In this document: piece by piece, positions 7,687 through 14,891 of the stretch
How positions within the stretch are numbered: position 1 is the first letter of the stretch
Layout of the letters: every line of letters starts with the position of its first letter
Origin: a virus
IMG/VR virus record: IMGVR_UViG_3300009514_000004
Location: 14,387 to 78,386 of that record
Reading direction: 5' to 3' (one strand)
Length of the DNA: 64,000 bases
The notes under the pieces: generated by a model
What the model was told of the DNA's origin: nothing
What the model saw: the letters and a program-made list of their open reading frames with translations, nothing else
Databases searched by the model: none
Translations under genes and position numbers: made by a program

Positions 7687-8056
7687 GGGGACGAACTGGT
7701 TTAGACGTGGGTGTCGGAGCCAGGACTGCGTGTCCCGGAGTCAGCGGACCGGGTCAGAAACTGCTGAAACCTTTAAGCGCCAACGACAACGTTTTCGCTC
7801 CTCTCGCACAAGCTGCGTGAGGCGGTCCGCTCGGAGCCTGCTCACGGCGCCGGGTCACGACTGTCATACAATGTGAGCTGGCCGTAGGGATCCAGGTGGG
7901 AGCCTGACCCTCGGTGAGAGCCCGAGAGGGTAACTCCCCGGCACCGTCGAGGTGGGCCGCTTGTGCTCGACGGTGGTGTATGAACGAGCGGGACTACACA
8001 CGTAGACGTTCTGAGCGAAGTTCTCGCGGACTCGGGTTCGACTCCCGACGTCTCCA
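7687..8056 (+). ncRNA. ssrA: tmRNA; tag (A)ANDNVFAPLAQAA at 7779-7820
   Basis: GGGGACG/CGTCTCC-A acceptor with G3.U70, T arm TCGGG-TTCGACT-CCCGA, 370 nt, tag ORF ending AA-stop; CCA not encoded. Confidence 0.95.
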
Positions 8057-8069
8057 AAAGACATGGGCT

Positions 8070-8150
8070 TTGGCTGGTGTGACGTTACGGCTACTTCAAC
8101 CTGTTAAGTTGTTTCTGTACAACCGTGGCACCCTTTCTCAGCCATTCCCA
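8070..8150 (+). ncRNA. Y-RNA-like element B displaying an Asn(GUU) anticodon loop
   Basis: TGGCTG/CAGCCA, GTTACGG/CCGTGGC, CAAC-CTGTTAA-GTTG; homologous to 11582-11660. Confidence 0.7.
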
Positions 8151-8229
8151 CACCTTAGAGGGTCGAGAAGCAGGTGACGAGGGGAGACGGAAGAGAGCTT
8201 CCTAGAACGACCCCTGACCCTCCTTTCAC

Positions 8230-8303
8230 GCGGGCGTAGCTCAACGGTAGAGCACTGGGTTTCCACCCCAGGTATGTCGGTTCGATTCCGTCTGCCCGCT
8301 CCA
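8230..8303 (+). tRNA. tRNA-Gly(TCC)
   Basis: GCGGGCG/TGCCCGC, loop TT-TCC-AC, CCA. Confidence 0.93.
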
Positions 8304-8326
8304 TTCGACCTGGGTACGGTGGCCTC

Positions 8327-8593
8327 ATGGCCTCCCGAGAAGTCCACTGCGCCGACTGCGTCGCCGAGCTGGGTGAGCCCTTTGGGCACGTCCACGACTG
8401 GCTTGACGCGTTCTACCCCGAGCTGGGTCACGACCACCGGCCCGAGCGTCACCACGACGAGGGCGTCGAAGAGGTCCGACGCATGTGGGGTGACCAGGCA
8501 GCTCAGGCCGCCGAGATCCACATCAAGCGCGACTACTACGGCGAGATCCCGACCAAGGACCAGGCCGATCTCTGGAAGCTCCTGATGAGCTAG
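8327..8593 (+). CDS. hypothetical protein
   Basis: GC3-biased ORF; CxxC near the N-terminus. Confidence 0.7.
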   Translation: MASREVHCADCVAELGEPFGHVHDWLDAFYPELGHDHRPERHHDEGVEEVRRMWGDQAAQAAEIHIKRDYYGEIPTKDQADLWKLLMS

Positions 8594-9090
8594 TCGTCTT
8601 CGCGCCGGGACAGCATCATCCTGTCCAGCCGGTCCCAGGCGTCCAGGAGAGCTTGACCCAGGGCGACGACCAGGTCGTCGTGGCTGTGGACGATCATCTG
8701 GCTGCCGGTGTCGCCGATCACGGTCCACCGGCCGGTGAACATCTCGGGCGTGTGCCTGCTCGAGATGGATCCGCGTCGGACGATCGAGAACTGGGCGTAG
8801 GGCGTCGCGTCGGTGAGCAGGTCGAGGAAGACCATGGCCATCCCCGAACCGCCGAGGTCCGGCAACGGCTTGTGCTCTTCCGGGTCGACCTCGATGCCGA
8901 TGCCCGACCCACGGAAGAAGGCGAAAAAGGTCCCCTCGGGCCGGATCTGGACGATGGTGAGCCTGTGCTCGTTCCAGCGCACAGACATCCCCTCCAACCA
9001 GCGCCAGCGCCGGTGACCCAACAGCTCGAGGGCGAGAGCTTCTTCATTCAAGAGATGCCAGCGGGGGCTGTGGGACCTGGGGGGGTCCAT
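8590..9090 (-). CDS. hypothetical protein
   Basis: Convergent ORF with 4-nt stop overlap. Confidence 0.65.
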   Translation of the reverse strand: MDPPRSHSPRWHLLNEEALALELLGHRRWRWLEGMSVRWNEHRLTIVQIRPEGTFFAFFRGSGIGIEVDPEEHKPLPDLGGSGMAMVFLDLLTDATPYAQFSIVRRGSISSRHTPEMFTGRWTVIGDTGSQMIVHSHDDLVVALGQALLDAWDRLDRMMLSRREDD

Positions 9091-9119
9091 TTACTCACCG
9101 GCATCTATAGGCACAACAA

Positions 9120-9196
9120 CGGGGTGTAGCTCAGTCTGGTGGAGCGCTGCGTTCGGGACGCAGAGGCCGCTGGTTCGAATCCAGTCACCCCGACCA
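9120..9196 (+). tRNA. tRNA-Pro(CGG)
   Basis: CGGGGTG/CACCCCG, loop TT-CGG-GA, CCA. Confidence 0.95.
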
Positions 9197-9320
9197 ACAC
9201 CGACTCGATACGATGGGGTACTGTACCAACAGGCGTGCCCAACGGAGCTGCGGCACCCTGGCCAGGGATAAGCGCCTCGAAGGCTAGTCGCAGCTCCTCA
9301 ACGACCTCCTGGACCTCGAC

Positions 9321-10124
9321 ATGATCATCGGACTCACCGGCGCCGCTCGATCCGGCAAGGACACCGTGGCGGACATGCTGCTCCTGCACTGGGTCTTGGG
9401 CAACAACGGCAAAACGATCGCCCGGTGGCTCGAGATCGCGCAGGAAGACCGCAAGGTCAAGTCCAACTGGGCCCGACGTATCCAGGTGGCCGGCCCTCTC
9501 AAGCAGTTTTGCCGAGAGGTCTTCGACTGGACCGAGGAACACACCGACGGCGACCTCAAAGACTCCGAGGACAAGCGTTACAAGCGCAACTGTGGCCGGT
9601 GCGTCGACGGCCAACAGGTGGCCAAGCCGATCGCGGTCGGCAACGATCAAATACGGAACCCCTGCAACGAGATGGGGCCCTGCTCTCACTGCGGCGGGCG
9701 GGGGTTCACCTTCCTCAAGCCGAGGGAGGCGATGCAGCGCCTGGGCTACGACTGGTCGTTCCCGCTGTACCCGACCATCTGGGCAGACAAGGCAGCTCGT
9801 ACGGCCAAAGCGTTCTCCGACGACCCTATCGCGCACCCGGCGCGCAGTACCCCCAAGGAGCGGTTGGCGATCGTGACCGACTGCCGGTTCATCGCCGACA
9901 TCAAGGCGGTGGCCGACGTCGGGGGCATCGTCATCCAGGTTCACCGTGACCACGAGGGTCTGACCGGGGCCGCGGCACAACACCACGGTGAGACGGTGCG
10001 GGACACGCCCGAATTCCAGGCGATCGTCCACCACCACATCTATAACGACGGGACGCTCGACGACCTCAACGACAAGGTCAAGGCGCTCGTAGGCGCACTC
10101 AAGAAGGAGGCCGGCATGAGGTGA
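9321..10124 (+). CDS. deoxynucleoside monophosphate kinase
   Basis: IIGLTGAARSGKDT, A.PLK, PRE.MQRLG and IVTDCRF..D motifs. Confidence 0.88.
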   Translation: MIIGLTGAARSGKDTVADMLLLHWVLGNNGKTIARWLEIAQEDRKVKSNWARRIQVAGPLKQFCREVFDWTEEHTDGDLKDSEDKRYKRNCGRCVDGQQVAKPIAVGNDQIRNPCNEMGPCSHCGGRGFTFLKPREAMQRLGYDWSFPLYPTIWADKAARTAKAFSDDPIAHPARSTPKERLAIVTDCRFIADIKAVADVGGIVIQVHRDHEGLTGAAAQHHGETVRDTPEFQAIVHHHIYNDGTLDDLNDKVKALVGALKKEAGMR

Positions 10125-10142
10125 ACTACCAAGGAGTTCCCC

Positions 10143-10370
10143 ATGTCCCGATCCTTCAAGAAGACCCCCGGCTGGTGTGACCGATCTCCGTTCGCCAAGC
10201 GTCAGGCGAACAAGCGCGTCCGGAAGTACAAGGGCGACGTCTCCAACGGCCGCTCGTACAAGAAGCTCTACTGCTCCTGGAACATCTGTGACTTCCGGTT
10301 CCTCCGCAAGGATGCCCGGTGGCGCAAGTACCCGCAGCGGCAGCCCGACTACAAGGCGCGCATGAAGTAA
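10143..10370 (+). CDS. small basic phage protein (MSRSFKK...NGRSYKKLYCSWNICDF)
   Basis: RBS AAGGAG; stop directly abuts tRNA-Val. Confidence 0.8.
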   Translation: MSRSFKKTPGWCDRSPFAKRQANKRVRKYKGDVSNGRSYKKLYCSWNICDFRFLRKDARWRKYPQRQPDYKARMK

Positions 10371-10442
10371 GGGCCCATAGCTTAATGGGAAAGCGCCGCT
10401 TTGACGTAGCGGAGAGACCTGGTTCGATCCCAGGTGGGCCCA
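10371..10442 (+). tRNA. tRNA-Val(GAC), no encoded CCA
   Basis: GGGCCCA/TGGGCCC, loop TT-GAC-GT. Confidence 0.88.
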
Positions 10443-10593
10443 CTGGCGCCGGGGAGGCCTTAACCCGGATGAACTGCGGACCTCCGAGAAACGCAGCGAG
10501 ATCGTGAACAACGGAACCAGCGGCCACAAGGGCCGCACCTGTTGCCGAGCAGGGCTGGCGGTCTAAGAAGGCGCAGCGCAAGTCGGCACCCAA

Positions 10594-10670
10594 CGGGATG
10601 TAGCTCAGTCTGGTGGAGCGCTTGTCTGGGGGACAAGAGGCCGCAGGTTCGAATCCTGTCATCCCGACCA
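10594..10670 (+). tRNA. tRNA-Pro(GGG)
   Basis: CGGGATG/CATCCCG, loop CT-GGG-GG, CCA. Confidence 0.95.
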
Positions 10671-10707
10671 ACTTGCTTAGTTCGAGACCCGCTCTCGTAG
10701 CTAGGCT

Positions 10708-10811
10708 GACAGCGAGTCCTTCTGACCCAACAGGGTAGCCCAGATCGGTCGGTGCCCGTGGATCGTATCATCGACCGGCAAGTACGGGGTCCACCAGCGG
10801 GGCTCGCTGTC
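10708..10811 (+). ncRNA. candidate pseudoknotted RNA module
   Basis: 12-bp closing helix 10708-19/10800-11; helix 10746-54/10769-77 whose loop complements 10783-94. Confidence 0.5.
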
Positions 10812-10816
10812 TACAC

Positions 10817-10881
10817 GGTGCCGTAGCTCAAAGGTAGAGCAGGCCGAGAGGTCAGACCCCGGTTCGAGTCCGGGCGGTACA
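10817..10881 (+). ncRNA. anticodon-less tRNA mimic (anticodon loop replaced by a GAGA tetraloop)
   Basis: Canonical TAGCTCAAAGGTAGAGCA D arm and CCCGG-TTCGAGT-CCGGG T arm, 6-bp acceptor, GGCC-GAGA-GGTC arm, no CCA. Confidence 0.7.
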
Positions 10882-10885
10882 AGGA

Positions 10886-10957
10886 GCAGGTGGCCCGTCG
10901 ACAGACGGACGGCAAGGAGCCATGGATCCGACCCGCGAGTCCTAGACGGCCATCTGC
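10886..10957 (+). ncRNA. candidate small RNA, 13-bp terminal stem with one bulged C
   Basis: GCAGGTGG(C)CCGTC / GACGGCCATCTGC; inner GGAC/GTCC and GGC-AAGGA-GCC. Confidence 0.45.
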
Positions 10958-10990
10958 AACGTTCCTATACCACAACGACGGGAGGTAGCT

Positions 10991-11575
10991 GTGAGCGACC
11001 CCATGTACGAAGCGGGGTTCCTCGCAGTGACCCCGGAGTTGAGGCAGGCGGTTCTCGAGGGGACCCCCTGGATAGACAGGACCGAGGCCCGGCGTGAGTG
11101 TTTCATGTCCGACGGCGGAGGCCTGTCCTACACCTACGGCAAGGGCAGAGGCGTGCGCACGTACACCTCGATCCCCTACACGTCAGTCGTTCGCGACGTG
11201 CTCGAGTTCGTCAACGGCCTGGTCTTCGCGTGCGGGTGGGCAGCCATGAACGGCTGTTTCCTCAACCGCTACGACCACGACCGGATGCACCTCGGGTGGC
11301 ACGCCGACGACTTCCGCAAGATGGACCACGCGGCTCCGGTCGTCGTGGTCAGCTTCGGCGAGGAGCGCGAGATCTGGTGGCGCAGGGTCGGAGAGCGAGG
11401 GATCACCCCGCCCGATCAGCGTCAGCTCCTGGCCGAGGGGAGCGTCTTCGTGATGCCCCCAGGCTTCCAGCACTCCCACGAGCACCGCATCCCCAAGGGA
11501 GACCGCTCGATGGGTCCGAGGGTCTCGATGACCTTCCGTCGGTTCCTCCCGCAGGGGGAAGAGCCGATAGCGTAA
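10991..11575 (+). CDS. alkB: AlkB-family 2OG-Fe(II) dioxygenase
   Basis: N.Y......LGWHADD, SFGEER, H.IPK and RVSMTFR motifs. Confidence 0.9.
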   Translation: MSDPMYEAGFLAVTPELRQAVLEGTPWIDRTEARRECFMSDGGGLSYTYGKGRGVRTYTSIPYTSVVRDVLEFVNGLVFACGWAAMNGCFLNRYDHDRMHLGWHADDFRKMDHAAPVVVVSFGEEREIWWRRVGERGITPPDQRQLLAEGSVFVMPPGFQHSHEHRIPKGDRSMGPRVSMTFRRFLPQGEEPIA

Positions 11576-11581
11576 ACCGGG

Positions 11582-11660
11582 TTGGCTGGTGCGACTTACG
11601 GGTTACTTCACACTTGCACTGTGGTTTTCCATAACCTGTGAGGCTTTTCTCAGCCTTCCC
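11582..11660 (+). ncRNA. Y-RNA-like element A displaying an Ala(UGC) anticodon loop
   Basis: GGCTG/CAGCC, 10-bp TTACGGGTTA/TAACCTGTGA, CACA-CTTGCAC-TGTG; about 40 nt upstream of ro60. Confidence 0.72.
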
Positions 11661-11698
11661 ATCCACTCGTACTGATTCTCTCCTACGGAGGTGTGACC

Positions 11699-13408
11699 AT
11701 GAGCTTCATCAACCCAACTGCGTCCAGCGTCGTCAAGAGCGTTACCGACCCCAAGAACCAGCCCGTGATCGCCACGCCCGACAAGGCCGCCGGCGAGCAC
11801 CTCAACTGGATGGGCGGCATCAGCTTCGACATCAACGACCCGCTGCTCCGGCTCCAGGTGGCCGCGTCGAGCTGCTTCTTCGGCGAGCCGATGTACTACC
11901 ACAAGGACTCGGGCGACAAGCGACCCAAGCGGGTTACCGCACCGCAGCGTCGCGCGCGACTCAACGCCGCCCAGCTCACGAAGCTCCGGGACACCCTGGG
12001 GGCGGTCGATCCGGCCGAGTGGCGATCTCTGACGCCGGCCGACCTCATGGTCAAGGCCATCGACGAGGCCCTGGCGCACGACCCGGAGAAGACCCTCGAG
12101 TTCGCGGCCTTCCTGCGGCAGACGCTGCACATCCGGACGACCCCGCAGGTCATCATGGTCCGCGCGGCGCTCCTGGACAGCGTCAAGGGCACAGGGCTCA
12201 TCACCAAGTACGCAACGGCCATCATCGGCCGGCTCGACGAGGTGACGGTCCAGTACGCCTACTTCCTGTCCCTCGGCAAGGGCAAGACCCCGCCGAAGAA
12301 CCTGAAGCGCAACTGGGCCCGCGCCATCCAGCGTGCCAACGAGTACCAGCTCGCGAAGTACCGGATGGAGGGTCGCTCGGTGAACCTCTACGACGTCGTC
12401 AACATCAGCCACCCGAAGGGGCCCCTGATCGACAAGCTCATGAAGGGCAAGCTGAAGCTCGGCGGTGACGGCCGAAAGACCTGGGAGTCCATCCGCTCCG
12501 GCGGCGGCTCCTGGACCGAGGCCGCGGCGGTCATGGGCCACATGGCTCTGCTGAGGAACCTCCGCAACCTGTCGGAGAACGACGCCCTGACCAAGGAGCT
12601 GTGCGACAAGCTCGTCGCCGGCGCCGCCAAGGGCAAGCAGCTCCCGTTCCGGTACTTCAGCGCCTTCAAGGCTCTGGAGGGCAAGGCCAAGAGCGGGCTG
12701 GTGTTCGACGCCATCGAGGCCGCGCTCGAGGCTTCCATCGGGAACCTCCCGCGCTTCTCGGGCCGCGTGTGCTCCCTGGTCGACAACTCGGGCTCCGCCT
12801 GGGGGACGACCACGTCCTCGATGGGGTCCATGCACATGGCTTCCATCGGGAACCTCATGGGGGTCCTGACGGGCAAGGCTTCCGACGAGGGTCACATCGG
12901 CATCTTCGGTGACCACCTCAAGATGCGGCCGGTCCGCAAGAAGGAGTCGACCTTCGACGCCCTCAAGGCCATCGACCAGATCGGCCGCAACGAGGTCGGA
13001 GGGGCTACCGAGCACGGCGTGTGGCTGTTCTGGCGCGACGCCATCAAGCAGCGCCAGCACTGGGACACCGTGTTCGTCTACAGCGACATGCAGGCCGGTC
13101 ACGGCGGGCTCTACGGCAACAAGCCGGGTGAGTACGCTGACTACCTGTGGGGCGATGACGGGTACGCCCGGTACATCGACGTCGCCAAGCTGGTCAAGAC
13201 GTACCGCGAGAAGGTCAACCCGAAGGTGAACGTCTTCCTCGTCCAGATCGCCGGGTACCAGGACACCCTGATTCCCGAGTTCTACGACAGGACGTACATC
13301 CTCGGCGGCTGGTCCGACCAGCTGCTGCGCTTCGCGGCGCAGATGATCGCCATGACCGAGCAGGCACCGACGGCACAGCCTCCCTCCCAGGAGCCGTCGG
13401 CAACCTGA
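11699..13408 (+). CDS. rsr: Ro60/TROVE-vWA RNA-binding protein
   Basis: TROVE-like helical region (A..LR....IRT.PQ, ALLRNLRNL, LPFRYFSA) plus vWA VDNSGS and VFVYSDMQ. Confidence 0.9.
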   Translation: MSFINPTASSVVKSVTDPKNQPVIATPDKAAGEHLNWMGGISFDINDPLLRLQVAASSCFFGEPMYYHKDSGDKRPKRVTAPQRRARLNAAQLTKLRDTLGAVDPAEWRSLTPADLMVKAIDEALAHDPEKTLEFAAFLRQTLHIRTTPQVIMVRAALLDSVKGTGLITKYATAIIGRLDEVTVQYAYFLSLGKGKTPPKNLKRNWARAIQRANEYQLAKYRMEGRSVNLYDVVNISHPKGPLIDKLMKGKLKLGGDGRKTWESIRSGGGSWTEAAAVMGHMALLRNLRNLSENDALTKELCDKLVAGAAKGKQLPFRYFSAFKALEGKAKSGLVFDAIEAALEASIGNLPRFSGRVCSLVDNSGSAWGTTTSSMGSMHMASIGNLMGVLTGKASDEGHIGIFGDHLKMRPVRKKESTFDALKAIDQIGRNEVGGATEHGVWLFWRDAIKQRQHWDTVFVYSDMQAGHGGLYGNKPGEYADYLWGDDGYARYIDVAKLVKTYREKVNPKVNVFLVQIAGYQDTLIPEFYDRTYILGGWSDQLLRFAAQMIAMTEQAPTAQPPSQEPSAT

Positions 13409-13414
13409 CTCTCC

Positions 13415-13455
13415 GGTAGGGGGCTCCCATCCGCACCTGGGTGGGGGCTTCCTGC
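13415..13455 (+). terminator. long GC hairpin after ro60
   Basis: GGTAGG...CCCATCC-GCACCT-GGGTGGG...CCTGCC; no U tract. Confidence 0.4.
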
Positions 13456-13493
13456 CACCCCTCTCGGTAGAAAGGCTATGGATCCGGGTAGAC

Positions 13494-13886
13494 ATGAGCA
13501 TTCCAACCTGGGCACCTCCTGGCCATTTCAACTACAACGTCTACGGCGACCCCGTGGCTATCGCCCACATCAAGGGGTGGGCTGCGGCGGAGAACGTCAC
13601 CCCCCACGAAGGTGGGGACGATGACACCGAGACCTTCTTCGGGGGATTCTTCACCGAAGCGGAGATCGAGCGCCTCCGGCGCGTTGCCGGCGACACGGTC
13701 GAGGAGGCTCATTTCCTGGGCCTCCGCACCGACGACGTCGAGACCTACCGGGCCTGGCTCAAAGGCCAGGACATCCCGGTGGTCCACGAGGTCCTCGAGC
13801 AACCCGAGGGCTTCTTCAACGCCTACTACCGCCCGGACGACATCGAGACGATCTCGACCGGGTACCTGGGCACTCCGCCTCTGTAG
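13494..13886 (+). CDS. acidic hypothetical protein
   Basis: GC3 bias; stop codon is the TAG at positions 8-10 of tRNA-Thr. Confidence 0.75.
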   Translation: MSIPTWAPPGHFNYNVYGDPVAIAHIKGWAAAENVTPHEGGDDDTETFFGGFFTEAEIERLRRVAGDTVEEAHFLGLRTDDVETYRAWLKGQDIPVVHEVLEQPEGFFNAYYRPDDIETISTGYLGTPPL

Positions 13887-13950
13887 CTCAACGGTAGAGC
13901 CCCGGCCTTGTAAGCCGGTGATGTCGGTTCGAACCCGACCGGGGGCTCCA
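13877..13950 (+). tRNA. tRNA-Thr(TGT)
   Basis: GCCTCTG/CGGGGGC, loop CT-TGT-AA, CCA. Confidence 0.92.
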
Positions 13951-13955
13951 GATCC

Positions 13956-14192
13956 TCAGCTGAGGATTCCCTTCACCGTGCGGAGTCGGTAACCGTCGGC
14001 TACCAGATGGCCGAGCTGGTCGACGAGCTTGTCGACCGTGTCGGTGGGGAGCGGGGAGTGCGACTTGTCGGACAGGTCGCGGAAGTGGAAGCCGAGATCG
14101 GACGCGTAGTCCTGATCGCAGGCCCAGATACAGACGGCGCGGCCGTCTGGGAGAGCGAGGCCTTTGCAGCCACACTCGAAGCGGACGAACAT
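13956..14192 (-). CDS. hypothetical protein
   Basis: AAGGAGGA RBS before ATG 14192. Confidence 0.7.
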   Translation of the reverse strand: MFVRFECGCKGLALPDGRAVCIWACDQDYASDLGFHFRDLSDKSHSPLPTDTVDKLVDQLGHLVADGYRLRTVKGILS

Positions 14193-14345
14193 GCGTCCTC
14201 CTTGGGTTGAGGTTTCGTCCTCTGACCTCTCTACGAGGTCGCCCCCGAGAATCAGCAAGCCTCGTGCCATCTCTAAGTCCGCGAACCCAGGTGATCCCCA
14301 CCTGGTCGACCGCAAGAAATCCTGCGGTCCTGTAAGAGATCTTAC

Positions 14346-14419
14346 GCCTGTGTAGCTCAACGGTAGAGCAGCCGCCTCGTAAGCGACCGATGAGGGTTCG
14401 ACTCCCTCCGCAGGCTCCA
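14346..14419 (+). tRNA. tRNA-Thr(CGT)
   Basis: GCCTGTG/CGCAGGC, loop CT-CGT-AA, CCA. Confidence 0.92.
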
Positions 14420-14422
14420 GAT

Positions 14423-14497
14423 GCCGGTATAGCACAACGGCCAGTGCACCGCCGTGGTAAGGCGGGGATCCGGGTTCAACTCCCGGTGCCGGCTCCA
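14423..14497 (+). tRNA. tRNA-Thr(GGT)
   Basis: GCCGGTA/TGCCGGC, loop GT-GGT-AA (unusual G32), CCA. Confidence 0.9.
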
Positions 14498-14502
14498 CCT
14501 TC

Positions 14503-14581
14503 GTCCCTGTCGTCTAGTCAGGCCCAGGACACCAGGCTCTCAACCTGGAGACGGCGAGTTCAAATCTCCCCAGGGACGCCA
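14503..14581 (+). tRNA. tRNA-Glu(CTC)
   Basis: GTCCCTG/CAGGGAC, loop CT-CTC-AA, GCCA. Confidence 0.92.
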
Positions 14582-14605
14582 GATCTTCTATAGGCCTTCC
14601 TCTGT

Positions 14606-14788
14606 ATGGAATCCTTCCCCGACTACAACGCCTGGCTCACCGTCGCGTGCATCCTCTGGATCGCCATCCTGGTCCTCCTGCTGCACGTCACAGCCCGATG
14701 GGTGTTCGGTGACCAGGAGGCCCCACCCAAGCCCAAGAAGACCCCAAAGAGGCCCCCTGGGGCCCCTCACAAGACTGTGCTCTCGTAG
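14606..14788 (+). CDS. small single-pass membrane protein
   Basis: One TM helix then a Pro/Lys tail; stop lies inside tRNA-Arg(CCG). Confidence 0.6.
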   Translation: MESFPDYNAWLTVACILWIAILVLLLHVTARWVFGDQEAPPKPKKTPKRPPGAPHKTVLS

Positions 14789-14853
14789 TTCAACGGATAG
14801 AACGCAGGTCTCCGGAACCTGAGATAGAGGTTCGATTCCTCTCGGGAGTACCA
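14779..14853 (+). tRNA. tRNA-Arg(CCG)
   Basis: GCTCTCG/CGGGAGT, loop CT-CCG-GA, CCA; near-paralog of Arg(GCG). Confidence 0.93.
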
Positions 14854-14891
14854 TCCGCTCTAGCGGCCCCATCGTCGTGTTCCTACAATGT

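Noticed and set aside
5534-9129. Further ORFs ending at tRNA position 8-10 TAG (5534-5776, 5925-6224, 8653-9129)
   Set aside because: They overlap or are antisense to better genes, so they were not counted in the stop-capture finding.
11603-13531. Long antisense ORFs (also 32855-34807, 48172-50073, 27438-28898)
   Set aside because: Shadow frames of real genes caused by GC-rich codon bias; no motifs or RBS.
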